A program made the translations under genes and the position numbers. Positions 50,201 through 58,940 of a stretch of 64,000 bases of DNA are shown here, one piece after another. Origin of the DNA: Candidatus Poribacteria bacterium (GTDB lineage Bacteria > Poribacteria > WGA-4E > WGA-3G); assembly GCA_965242965.1 (NCBI GenBank), contig OZ251518.1, positions 1,856,001-1,920,000 of the forward strand, given 5' to 3'. Below the pieces are notes generated by a model. It was not told the origin of the DNA. It searched no databases and worked only from the letters and a program-made list of their open reading frames with translations. The first letter of the stretch is position 1; the number at the start of each line of letters is the position of its first letter.

Positions 50201-50428
50201 GTAGCCGATGGGGAGTTGTCCTTCCTCCGTGGCGATGAAATCCGGTCTGCCGATGTCAAGTTGGCGCGGTTCGTGCGTCAATGTGATGGCATGTCCTAGG
50301 CAGGCCGCGCTCTGTTCCAGGAATGCGCTCAGGTGCCGATGGAAAGAGAGTTCATCGGTTGCGGTGGTATTCGCGCGCGTCTCTAAGAGTTCTCGTAGAT
50401 AGGTGTTGCAGAGGTGTTGAAATTGCAT
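47294..50428 (-). CDS. Type IIG / Type ISP-like single-chain restriction-modification protein (N6-adenine MTase plus C-terminal specificity domain)
   Basis: GRPDF...IEAEK nuclease-like N-terminus; GVYYTP; LDPATGTGGF; GNPPY; DYVKFIRWA; YAVLHSP.YR.RY...DFPRIP. Confidence 0.85.
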   Translation of the reverse strand: MQFQHLCNTYLRELLETRANTTATDELSFHRHLSAFLEQSAACLGHAITLTHEPRQLDIGRPDFIATEEGQLPIGYIEAEKFGTDLNALTGHAREQNARFIENLDNFVLTNFVEFRLYTEGELRATASLSEDIGTGMSLLPEEVHALETLLNRFFNAGALNITTPEVLAMHFARRTRELQTQIATAIADEETPLFRMFETFREHLLATLTPADFADMYAQTLAYGMFAARYTLPNATNFSRSTAAATLPRSNPFLRRLFHQVASPELDDSIGWVLDEIATLLRSVSTEMLRTAFDARTHAEDPVIHFYETFLAAYDPGRRVDRGVYYTPQPVISYIVRSVDALLKTALRKPDGLADNETLILDPATGTGGFLMEVLNHIRQHVIETDGTAAWAPYVNTSLAERLFGFELLVAPYTIAHLNLSRFLQAHGQRTDTERIHIYLTNTLEEPIEREGHIFAEFLTDEANAAVSVKRDVPLLVIVGNPPYTYNSANPSRDSTGKFTFIGSLIEDYKSVDGKPMRERSATVLQSDYVKFIRWAQWRVHKNGEGAIGYVVNNSFLDGLVLRGMRYSLINSFNAIYLLNLHGNSRRTEPVPDGQSNENVFDIQQGVSILLCVKERDNPAPAKVYYADMWGSREEKYRALSASDVLNTDWEELHPSSPFYLFVPQNTEHKAEYENGWSVTDIFQERSVGFITARDKLTMHRTEEAVRHTVTDFASLSEDEARGRYNLGKDGRDWRVNWAQADLRAHCEANEGYSVTHYSPKDEYVVQANYRAFDPRFTYYTGQSRGFYSTPARRIMHHLLAGENLALCTCRIVTIPTWQHALVTDKIADQCYLSNKPSESSYIFPLYLYPHPEELELSRERVLNLTPAFLKALAERLALPQTESFGIPQGISPEDILAWIYAVLHSPAYRERYAEFLKYDFPRIPLPTDLAQFQKLARFGHTLMDVHLGRRDMPGATSRFEGEGDSVVGRVQYRDGHVWINRTQYFSDVPSAVWEFEIGAYQPCEKWLRDRRGEALTHADIRQYRQVLAALAETLKVTGEIDN

Positions 50429-50449
50429 ATTTGTTTTATTGTCCGTTTT

Positions 50450-51230
50450 TCCCGTAGCGCGGGGGCTGTTTCCCCGCGAGCGTTTCGGTTACCGTAGCGC
50501 GGGGGCCTGTCCCCCGCGATCGTTCCTTTCACCGTAGCGCGGGGGCCTGTCCCGCCGTGCGTTTTGCTGCCAGACTGCATCACCTCTGTAGTTCAGGATC
50601 GCCTGATCCTGACCCGTTCGGGAGCAGGCGATCCCGAACTACAGAGTGGGCTTGCCATTCCCCGGCACGGCGAGGGAAACCCGCTCGGATGCGCGTGTGG
50701 CATCCGAGGGCCCAAGCCCTACGGATTGCGCGGGCGGTTTTGTTTTCCCCGCGAACGTTCCTAAATTTTACGTTAAATTTACCACAAAAACGCGCGTCTG
50801 TCAAATTTTTCTTGCGATTTTCCGCGAAGCAGGGTATAATTATGAGAAATCGCGAGACCTTCTCACCTCTGTAGTTCAGGATCGCCTGATCCTGACCCGT
50901 TCGGGAGCAGGTGCTCCCGAACTACAGTGGGCCCGATGCCTGCCTGCCAAGGCGGGATAAATACCGAACATGAGAGATCGCGAGGGACAGGCCCTCGCGC
51001 TACGGTGTAGGAGAGACCTCCTGGTCTCGATGCACAGCGAGGGACAGGCCCTCGCACTACGATTATCTGGAATTCGCGAGGGACAGGCCCTCGCGCTACG
51101 GTGTAGGAGAGACCTCCTGGTCTCGATGCACCCCCGTAGGTTCGCGAGGGACAGGCCCTCGCGCTACGGTGTAGGAGAGACCTCCTGGTCTCGATGCACA
51201 GCGAGGGACAGGCCCTCGCACTACGATTAA
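50450..51230. repeat. REP clusters flanking divergent promoters
   Basis: Multiple GTAG families; tandem composite CGAGGGACAGGCCCTCGCGCTACGGTGTAGGAGAGACCTCCTGGTCTCGATGCA x3. Confidence 0.85.
50776..50840. promoter_or_regulatory. Back-to-back sigma-70 promoters
   Basis: Minus strand TTGACA-17-TAAATT (50804..50776); plus strand TTGCGA-17-TATAAT (50812..50840). Confidence 0.6.
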
Positions 51231-51252
51231 GACAGATAGAGAGGACAAAACC

Positions 51253-52071
51253 ATGGATACAACATCGGCAGTTTTTACACCTGCACATAAAGAGTTCGTT
51301 GAAAACAACGGCTATCTCCTGATTAAAAACGCTTTGCCGCCGGATGTCGTGGCGGAAATCAATGATGCCGTTGACGAGGTTTACGAAAAAGAAGAAGCCG
51401 CCGGCCGACTTGAATCCGGCGGGAAACTGAACCTCCGCAACTGCATCACGCATCACGAGGCGTTTCTGCAACTGCTGGACTGGGAGAAAACAGTACCGCT
51501 GGCTTACGGCGTGCTGAATTGGAACGTTCAGATGATCACCTCGCATCTCATCGTGCTTCCTTCCGGTGAGGAACCGCCGCCGAAGGTGAAGAACCGCATC
51601 GGTTTGCATCGCGACGGTGGCACATCGTATCGAGAGATGCAGGAACCGCACCCGCGGATTATGCTGAAAATCGCCTACGCTATCAGCGATCAGTCAGACC
51701 CGGCCTCGGGTGCCACGGTCATCGTGCCGGGCAGTAACCGCCTCTCCGGCAGACCGGCGACAGACCCGGGGACCGGCTGGGCTCGCGGCGCGATTTCGAT
51801 GAATATCAACGCCGGTGATGCGTTTCTCTTTGAGCAACGCACATGGCACGGCATCGGACATAACTGGTCTGGGATACCCCGGAAGACTATCTTCATGGGA
51901 TACGCCTACCGCTGGGTGAAGCCGATGGATTATATCACGATGCCGGATACCCTGGTGGAGAAGTGCAATCCGATTCAGAAGCAGCTCATCGGTGTTGTCA
52001 GTGATCCGCTGAGTTATTATCTGCCGCAAGATAAGGATGTGCCGTTGAAGGCGGTGCTTGATGCAGATTGA
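51253..52071 (+). CDS. Phytanoyl-CoA dioxygenase (PhyH) family protein
   Basis: FVENNGYL, LHRD, VPGS, AGDAFLF...WHG. Confidence 0.85.
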   Translation: MDTTSAVFTPAHKEFVENNGYLLIKNALPPDVVAEINDAVDEVYEKEEAAGRLESGGKLNLRNCITHHEAFLQLLDWEKTVPLAYGVLNWNVQMITSHLIVLPSGEEPPPKVKNRIGLHRDGGTSYREMQEPHPRIMLKIAYAISDQSDPASGATVIVPGSNRLSGRPATDPGTGWARGAISMNINAGDAFLFEQRTWHGIGHNWSGIPRKTIFMGYAYRWVKPMDYITMPDTLVEKCNPIQKQLIGVVSDPLSYYLPQDKDVPLKAVLDAD

Positions 52072-52094
52072 TCGGGGCATTGCGCGCCAGGCCC

Positions 52095-52585
52095 TGTAGT
52101 TCAGGATCGCCTGATCCTGACCCGTTCGGGAGCGGGCGCTCCCGAACTACAGAGTCGGAAACACACATCGTGACGATGGAGATCGCGAGGGACAGGCCCT
52201 CGCGCTACGGTGAAAAAAACGCCATCCCCGCATCGTAGGGCTTGGGCCCTCGGATGCCACACGCGCATGCGAGCGGGTTTCCCTCGCCATGCCGCGCGCA
52301 AGCCAACGCTCGCGAGGGACAGGCCCTCGCGCTACGATTAAAAAACGCCACCCGCGCATCGTAGGGCGAGGGACAGGCCCTCGCCATGCCTCACGCAATC
52401 CAACGATGGCGAGGGACAGGCCCTCGCGCTACGGTGAAACGGCGGTGTGCGTCTTGACCGGGGCCTCGCGAGGGACAGGCCCTCGCGCTACGGTGACGTG
52501 GCGGTTTTCGTCTCGACCGGGGCATTGCGAGCTTCTGTAGGTTGCGATCGCCTGATCGCAACCAGCCCTCGCGCTACGGTGACGT
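52095..52585. repeat. REP cluster between convergent genes
   Basis: Repeated GAGGGACAGGCCCTCGCGCTACG and related units. Confidence 0.85.
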
Positions 52586-52598
52586 GGCGGTTTTCTCC

Positions 52599-53492
52599 TT
52601 ACTCTAATTCCGATTTGAGGGACAGACTATAATCCAACAACGCGTTCGCATACGGCATGTTGTGGAGCCCATACCCACTATCGCCTTTTACCATGTCGTA
52701 GTTGAGTTTGGCATCCTGATACGCCTGCGAAGTTTTGTCCGTGGCGTTCTCTAACATCGCTTTGACTGCCTGCATCTTCGCCTCAATTTCAGCGCGGTAT
52801 ATCGGGAGTTTCACCGACATATCGTTATCAACAGAATCATGACAGCCAGAGGTGCTACACACCGACATGTCGGCGATGAACGTATGTCCTCCGTGCTGCG
52901 CGACTGTCATCGGTTCTTCTTTCGCCATGTGGCAGTGGACGCACCGTTTTTTCATTGCGCGCACGTGCGGCGATGGCATCCGTTTCACGCCTGCTCCCTC
53001 GCGCCCGAGGAACATCTCCGATTGCGATTGATGCACCGTGCCGGCACCGGCGCAGCCGCAGTCCATCTTATGGCACGTAACGCACAACTTTTTCGCAGGC
53101 TTTACCAAGAGATGTTCTTCTTTGCTGGTATGCGAATGGCAAGAAGAGCAGGCGACTGCGTTCACCGCGGTCTCTAGGTTATACGTATGCCCCGGATACA
53201 CCCTATCCACGAAAACCTCGTAACCTGACGAGTGGCAACTCAGACAAGAACGGACGACCGGGTAAGGACCGGCGTGTAGGTTGACGAGTGCCTTGGCATG
53301 TCCCGCTTGTGCCCATTCCTGATACGCCGGTTCGTTTCCGTGGCACTTGTTGCAGCCTTCCGCGAACGGCGTGTGCGTTTCGGTGGTATCTGTCGCTTCG
53401 TTTGCCCGAAGGTTTGCGAGCAGCAAGAGCGTCAGCATGCCCATCAGCAGCGATATGCAGAAAAATAAGAGTCCCTGTTTTGGGTATTTCAT
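52599..53492 (-). CDS. Periplasmic multiheme cytochrome c (about six hemes)
   Basis: CNKCH, CLSCH, CSSCH, CVTCH, CVHCH and CSTSGCH; C-terminal D.GYGLHN; signal peptide; GAGGAG RBS. Confidence 0.85.
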   Translation of the reverse strand: MKYPKQGLLFFCISLLMGMLTLLLLANLRANEATDTTETHTPFAEGCNKCHGNEPAYQEWAQAGHAKALVNLHAGPYPVVRSCLSCHSSGYEVFVDRVYPGHTYNLETAVNAVACSSCHSHTSKEEHLLVKPAKKLCVTCHKMDCGCAGAGTVHQSQSEMFLGREGAGVKRMPSPHVRAMKKRCVHCHMAKEEPMTVAQHGGHTFIADMSVCSTSGCHDSVDNDMSVKLPIYRAEIEAKMQAVKAMLENATDKTSQAYQDAKLNYDMVKGDSGYGLHNMPYANALLDYSLSLKSELE

Positions 53493-53720
53493 TGTCTCCT
53501 CGTGAAATGTATTGTGGATTTTTATGGATAGGATATACGATTTTGCAAATTCTGTCAAGGAGAAAAGGAATTGTTTTCAGAACGATTTCGTTTTCGATTT
53601 GATGTTTTCCCGGTAGGAGGGACATCCTTGTCCCGATACGGTGTGCATCGAGACCGGGAGGTCTCTCCTACCCGAAGAAATCGAGACCGGGAGGTCTCTC
53701 CTACCGGGGACATTGAACGT

Positions 53721-53749
53721 TTGACATTTTCCCGAAAATGTTGTAAACT
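53721..53749 (+). promoter_or_regulatory. sigma-70 promoter
   Basis: TTGACA-17 nt-TAAACT. Confidence 0.6.
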
Positions 53750-53803
53750 AATTGCAATAAACAGAGAAGACTTTTCTGAAACCGAAGTTCAGGAGATGAG
53801 AGC

Positions 53804-54553
53804 ATGATGCAGCAAGACATTCAATCTGCACCCACACTTGACTATCCCGAATCGGATGGGAAACCTATGGCTGAAACAGATTTACATCGCGATTTAATGA
53901 ACGATTCCATTGAGACGTTGAAAGAGTATTTCGCCGCCGCGCCGAATGTCTATGTCTCCGGCAATCTTTTCGTCTATTACCCCGATGGTGCAGAGACGAG
54001 GGTAGTCGCGCCGGATGTTTTCGTGATTTACGGTGTCTCCAAAAAACAGCGGCGGATTTATGTCGTGGAGCGCGAAGGCCGCACGCCGGATTTTGTGCTA
54101 GAGATTGGGAGTCTCGGCACGTATCGGCAAGACAGGAACAAAAAGAAGGACATCTACGCGACCTTGCTCGGCGTGAAAGAGTATTATCTCTATGTCCCTT
54201 ACGGTGTAGTCGAGAAACCGCTGATAGGGTATCGGCTCGTTGGCGGTGCGTATGAAGAGATGGAGCTCGTGGACGGCCGGCTAAAATCCGCGGTTTTAGG
54301 GTTGGAGCTGGGAGAGCGTCCAGAGGGGTTGCGTTTTTACGATGCGCGGCAGCAGCGATGGCTGCAGCCGCCGAGTGAGCGCACGTTAGCAGCGGAGGCG
54401 CGGGCAGTGGATGCAGTGAATCGCGCCGAGACTGCCCTTGTGCGCGCTAACAGTGCCGAGTCACGCGCTGACATTGCCGAGGTACGCGCCGAAAATGCCG
54501 AAGCAAAACTCGCGGCGGCTTTAGCAGAACTTGAACGAATCAGGAGGAATTAG
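53804..54553 (+). CDS. Uma2 family putative endonuclease
   Basis: YPESDGKPMAET..H, APDVFV, PDFVLEI, GVKEY; C-terminal AE.RA coiled coil. Confidence 0.9.
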   Translation: MMQQDIQSAPTLDYPESDGKPMAETDLHRDLMNDSIETLKEYFAAAPNVYVSGNLFVYYPDGAETRVVAPDVFVIYGVSKKQRRIYVVEREGRTPDFVLEIGSLGTYRQDRNKKKDIYATLLGVKEYYLYVPYGVVEKPLIGYRLVGGAYEEMELVDGRLKSAVLGLELGERPEGLRFYDARQQRWLQPPSERTLAAEARAVDAVNRAETALVRANSAESRADIAEVRAENAEAKLAAALAELERIRRN

Positions 54554-54555
54554 AT

Positions 54556-55209
54556 ATGGCTCAAAATCTCTTTAACGGCAAAAACATGGACGGTTGGCTC
54601 GCCAGAGGCGGGGCACCTGAACACGCATGGGCAGCGGCTGGCGACATCGCGCTCCATCCGAACGATGCAAAGTTGTTAGTGCCTACCAGTGGTGAAGGCA
54701 TCTTTTACAACGGCACCACCGGCCGCACCGCCGACATCTACACCGAAACCGAACACGGCGATTGCGAACTGCGTGTGGAATTCATGGTGCCGCAAGGTTC
54801 CAATTCCGGCGTTTATCTCATGGGGAGATATGAAATCCAAATTTTGGACAGCTGGGGTGAGACAGAACTCCGCTACGGTAGTTGCGGCGGGGTCTATTGC
54901 CGCTGGCTTGACGAGAAACCGGTAGATGGCGTGCCGCCTCGCGTTAATGCGAGCAAACCGCCCGGTGAGTGGCAGCGTTATGATATTACCTTTCGCGCGC
55001 CGCGATTCGATGCATCGGGTAATAAGACTGTCAATGCCACGTTTGTCAAGGTGGTGTGGAACGGTGAGGTGATTCATGAGAACGTTGAGGTGGCGGGTTG
55101 CACGCGCGGCGCAATGTTCCCTGAAGAGGCATCCTCGGGTCCGCTGATGTTGCAAGGGGACCACGGGCCCGTGGCATATCGCAACGTTATCCTGAAACCG
55201 ATTTCTTAA
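54556..55209 (+). CDS. DUF1080 (3-keto-disaccharide hydrolase) domain protein
   Basis: LFNGKNMDGW, NSGVY, YEIQILD, GEWQ.YDI, LQGDHGPVAYRN. Confidence 0.9.
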   Translation: MAQNLFNGKNMDGWLARGGAPEHAWAAAGDIALHPNDAKLLVPTSGEGIFYNGTTGRTADIYTETEHGDCELRVEFMVPQGSNSGVYLMGRYEIQILDSWGETELRYGSCGGVYCRWLDEKPVDGVPPRVNASKPPGEWQRYDITFRAPRFDASGNKTVNATFVKVVWNGEVIHENVEVAGCTRGAMFPEEASSGPLMLQGDHGPVAYRNVILKPIS

Positions 55210-55219
55210 AGGGCGCGCT

Positions 55220-55732
55220 TTAGGATTGGTGTAAAATGTGATAAGTTGCCACGGCAAGCGCAACATGCACATTCAACGAACGTCCCTTGCCATACATCGG
55301 CAGGTAAATTGCAGCATCGCACGCCTCAAGCGTCCGCCGAGAAACGCCACGGTATTCATTGCCGACGATTAAGCAGACCTTTTCAGGATACGTGACGGTG
55401 TGATACGGCACCGCCTCCGATGTCACCTCTAGCGCGTACCCGGCATAGCCTTGTCTCTTGTAGGTTTCAATTGCGTCAGCGGCATGTTTAGTGGTGTGCC
55501 ACTTGACTCGGCGGTGCGCGCCGCGGCCAACACCGGCGATTGTCGGATGCGGCGGTGTCGCGCTGATGCCGGTTAACACGATTTCTTTAACGCCGCACGC
55601 ATCGGCAATCCGGAAGCACGCGCCGACGTTCACCGGGTCCTCCACGTCTTGAAGGATAAAAGTGAACGCAACCGATGGATAGCGCGCTTGTTTCAGGAAG
55701 TGTTTGAGTTCTTTGTCGCGGAGTTGTTTCAT
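55220..55732 (-). CDS. TrmH/SpoU family RNA methyltransferase
   Basis: DPVNVGACFR.AD, VGNEYRG, PMYGKGRSLNV; AAGGAG RBS. Confidence 0.9.
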   Translation of the reverse strand: MKQLRDKELKHFLKQARYPSVAFTFILQDVEDPVNVGACFRIADACGVKEIVLTGISATPPHPTIAGVGRGAHRRVKWHTTKHAADAIETYKRQGYAGYALEVTSEAVPYHTVTYPEKVCLIVGNEYRGVSRRTLEACDAAIYLPMYGKGRSLNVHVALAVATYHILHQS

Positions 55733-55769
55733 ATCGCAATCTAACTCCTTCGGGGAAAAAACGAAAAAA

Positions 55770-56828
55770 ATGAAAAAACTAAAACTTGGTATTATCGGCG
55801 CAGGCGGCATCGTCTGCAGGATGCACTTGCCCGACTTGGTGCAAGGCACCGATTTCGAGGTATCTGTTATCGGCGGTCGGCGCGAGCACCGCCTCAAACA
55901 TCAGTGTGAACACTTCGATATTCCGCGCTGGACGCAGGATTACGATGCCATCATCGCGGATGACTCGCTGGATGCAATTCTCGTTGGCACGCCGCACCCG
56001 TTGCACGTCTCGTGGGGTGTCAAAGCATTGGCGGCAGGCAAACACGTCTTGATGCAAAAACCGCTCTGTGGTGAGATGGCGGAGGCGAATCAGTTTGTCG
56101 CCGCAGCAGAGGCGAGTGGGAAAACGGTGATGTGTCTCCCGCATTTCAACGCCGCGATTTACAAAATCCGGCAGCTCATCGCCGAAAACGCAATCGGCAG
56201 AGTATCCGGCGCGAGGATGCGGAGTAGCCACGGCGGGCCAGAGATTTACTACGCCGAAATTCGCGATATCTTCGGGGAGACAGGGGACGATTTGTGGTTC
56301 TTTGACGCGAAGCAGGCGAGCGTCGGCGCACTCTTTGACATGGGGGTTTACGCCGTATCCGGGCTCGTCGCGATGCTTGGCACGTTTAAACGCGTCACCG
56401 GGTTTGTCTCAACCTTTGATAAACCGACAGCATTGGAGGATGTTGCTACCCTCGTGTTAGAAATGGCATCCGGCGGGATTGTCACCGCCGAGACAAGTTG
56501 GTGCGATCCGGCCCGCACCGGCGAGGCGAGCGTCCACGGCACCGCCGGCAAATTCACGATGCCCGGCAAAGACGGCGCGACGCTCAGTCAGTGGACACCT
56601 ACCTCCTACACGCGTGAACACGCACCCGTTGATGTCAAGTCGATTGATTGTTCGGACACCGCGCCGAGTGGGATGCACACACATTTCGCCGAATGCATCC
56701 GCGAAGGCACACAACCGCCGCTCTCCAACGTTTATACGGCGCGGCACGTCACCGAAATTCTCCTCGCAGGCCTTGAATCATCTGAAAAGGGCCAGGCGAT
56801 AACGCTCACGACGCAGGCTGATAAATAG
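55770..56828 (+). CDS. Gfo/Idh/MocA oxidoreductase
   Basis: GIIGAGGI, TPHPLH, GKHVLMQKP, GALFDMGVY. Confidence 0.88.
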   Translation: MKKLKLGIIGAGGIVCRMHLPDLVQGTDFEVSVIGGRREHRLKHQCEHFDIPRWTQDYDAIIADDSLDAILVGTPHPLHVSWGVKALAAGKHVLMQKPLCGEMAEANQFVAAAEASGKTVMCLPHFNAAIYKIRQLIAENAIGRVSGARMRSSHGGPEIYYAEIRDIFGETGDDLWFFDAKQASVGALFDMGVYAVSGLVAMLGTFKRVTGFVSTFDKPTALEDVATLVLEMASGGIVTAETSWCDPARTGEASVHGTAGKFTMPGKDGATLSQWTPTSYTREHAPVDVKSIDCSDTAPSGMHTHFAECIREGTQPPLSNVYTARHVTEILLAGLESSEKGQAITLTTQADK

Positions 56829-56914
56829 GAGAGCCGCGGTAGGTGTGCTTACCGGGCAGCCAAATTCGTATTTGAGGATATCCTTCGCATCCATCAATAT
56901 TTGGCCCGGACTCA

Positions 56915-57185
56915 CCGTAGCGCGGGGGCCTGTCCCCCGCGAGCGTTGGAGTACACCGACAATGGCGAGGGACAGGCCCTCGCCCTACGGTAAGACGGGC
57001 CGTTTTTTTCGTAGCGCGGGGGCCTGTCCCCCGCGATCGTTTCATCACGAGGTGCGTCTAGGTCCTTTAGGACCTGAAGAGACGTTTTTTCTCGTGCGGA
57101 CGATGGCGAGGGACAGGCCCTCGCCCTACGGTGAAAGGGAGACGGCCTTATCACCGTAGCGCGGGGGCCTGTCCCCCGCGAGCGT
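56915..57185. repeat. REP cluster
   Basis: Alternating GTAGCGCGGGGGCCTGTCCCCCGCG and GGCGAGGGACAGGCCCTCGCCCTAC. Confidence 0.9.
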
Positions 57186-57294
57186 CTTCGCATCCATCAA
57201 CTCATTCCTGCCAACTTTCCCCTTTTATTTTCTTAATGAAATGTGCCTTTATGATAGCGTAACGCGCTAAAAAATGAAAGAAAAATTAAAAAAG

Positions 57295-57324
57295 TTGACA
57301 TCCGTGGCGAATTTCATATATAAT
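57295..57324 (+). promoter_or_regulatory. sigma-70 promoter, probably giving a leaderless mRNA
   Basis: TTGACA-18 nt-TATAAT; ATG at 57331. Confidence 0.7.
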
Positions 57325-57330
57325 ATATCT

Positions 57331-58371
57331 ATGGAAACTCAAAACCTTATTTTACCAACGATTGATTGGACATCGCCGCACAACCGGTTTGACCTGGCGG
57401 TTAAACAACCTGCGCGCAATTTCCCAGACCAGGTGCTCCGCTTCCTTATGGGCAGAGACGACATTGAATTCCTGGAACACCTCCAGATCGATTTTCCGAC
57501 GGTGGAGGTGCGTTACATGGATACGCTGATAAAAGTGCGGATTGGTGGCGAACCCTCGCTAATCCATTGCGAGTACCAATTGGACGATAGTTCACCGGTG
57601 CCGATAGTTCAGCGCAACGTCGGCTACTTTGGACGGTGTTTTGAAGTCCACGGCCTGCCGATATACTCGCATGTCATTTACATGCGCCCAACTGCAGGAT
57701 TGAAAGACCCGGGCGGTTATCAACAAAACATACCGGGATACCGTTTCCTGTTTGAATACAAAGTCATCCGCCTGAGCGAATTGGAGGGAGAGGCACTGAT
57801 GCAAACCCCCCAGGCGGGGTTAATGCCGTTTGCACCGTTGATGAAGCCGCCAGTAGGGATGGACTCCGTTGAGTGGATGCGTCGCTGTGTGCAGACGACA
57901 CAAGAACTCCAACTTGAAGCACCCACGAAAGGGAATGTGCTCGTGACAATGGGGTTTCTGGGGAACGTTCTCCACTCCCCGGAGACTCTTAACGCTATTA
58001 TGCCGAGGGCCCTCATGCAAGAATCAACCTATTATCACTACCTGACGAAGGAAATCCGACAGGAAAGCCTTGAACAAGGCATCCAACAAGGCCGCGAGGA
58101 AGGCCGCGAGGAAGGCCGCGAGGAAGGCCGCGAAGAAGGACGCGAAGAAGGACGCGAAGAAGGACGCGAAGAAGGACGCGAAGAAGGTGAAAGGATGGCG
58201 ACGCTCAACTTGCTGCTCAGACTCCTTGAAAACCGCTTTGAACCCGAAGCCGCGCACACGTTACAGCCGTTCTTGGAAACTATTGAAGACTCCGGCCGGC
58301 TGGCGCGGTTAGCTCTCACTGCAGCGGATGCACCCAACCTGCAGACGTTCGTGAAGCATCTGGCGGGATAA
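57331..58371 (+). CDS. Rpn-like (recombination-promoting nuclease / PD-(D/E)xK) protein
   Basis: FD.AVK, MDTL...IHCEYQ; MQESTYY; EEGR repeats; helical C-terminus. Confidence 0.75.
   Translation: METQNLILPTIDWTSPHNRFDLAVKQPARNFPDQVLRFLMGRDDIEFLEHLQIDFPTVEVRYMDTLIKVRIGGEPSLIHCEYQLDDSSPVPIVQRNVGYFGRCFEVHGLPIYSHVIYMRPTAGLKDPGGYQQNIPGYRFLFEYKVIRLSELEGEALMQTPQAGLMPFAPLMKPPVGMDSVEWMRRCVQTTQELQLEAPTKGNVLVTMGFLGNVLHSPETLNAIMPRALMQESTYYHYLTKEIRQESLEQGIQQGREEGREEGREEGREEGREEGREEGREEGREEGERMATLNLLLRLLENRFEPEAAHTLQPFLETIEDSGRLARLALTAADAPNLQTFVKHLAG
58090..58187 (+). repeat. 12-bp tandem repeat encoding (GREE)n
   Basis: ggccgcgaggaa / ggacgcgaagaa, about 8 copies. Confidence 0.9.
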
Positions 58372-58468
58372 GTCTCCACCGCCGCGACACTAATCCGCCG
58401 TTACTGTAGAATCGGGCGAGGGACAGCCCCTCACCACGCCCACACTCTGTTGGAGTTCCAACGCCATT

Positions 58469-58768
58469 ATGCCGAGGGCATTCATGCAAGAATTAACCTA
58501 TTATCACTACCTGATGAAGGAAAGCTATGAAAAAGGATTCCGAGAAGGATTCCGAGAAGGATTCCAACAGGGCCTCAAGGAAGGTGAAAGGATCGGGACG
58601 CTCAACGTGCTGCTCAAACTCCTCGAAATCCGCTTTGAACCCGAGGCCGCGCATACGTTACAGCCGTTCTTGGAAACTATTGAAGACCCGGGACGGCTGG
58701 CGCGGTTAGTCCCCATAGCCGTGCAGGCACCCAACCTGCAGACATTCTTGAAGCATCTGGCGGGATAA
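58469..58768 (+). CDS. Stand-alone duplicate of the Rpn C-terminal region (RpnS-like)
   Basis: Paralogous to 58000..58371, including ~30 bp past the stop; intact ORF; alternative start at 58484. Confidence 0.7.
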   Translation: MPRAFMQELTYYHYLMKESYEKGFREGFREGFQQGLKEGERIGTLNVLLKLLEIRFEPEAAHTLQPFLETIEDPGRLARLVPIAVQAPNLQTFLKHLAG

Positions 58769-58940
58769 GTCTCCACCGCCGCGACACTAATCCGCCGTAA
58801 CTATGGAGAATTGCTGGTAGGAGAGACCTCCCGGTCTCGATGCATCCCCCTGTAGGAGAGACCAGGATGTCCCTCCTACGGGGAAGACACCAATATATGA
58901 AACGCCCTCAGTTTGAGTCTCTTCTACGGAGAATCGCGCG

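Noticed and set aside
57972-58810. DGR template/variable repeat pair
   Set aside because: Differences are not confined to adenines, include indels, and no reverse transcriptase is in the window
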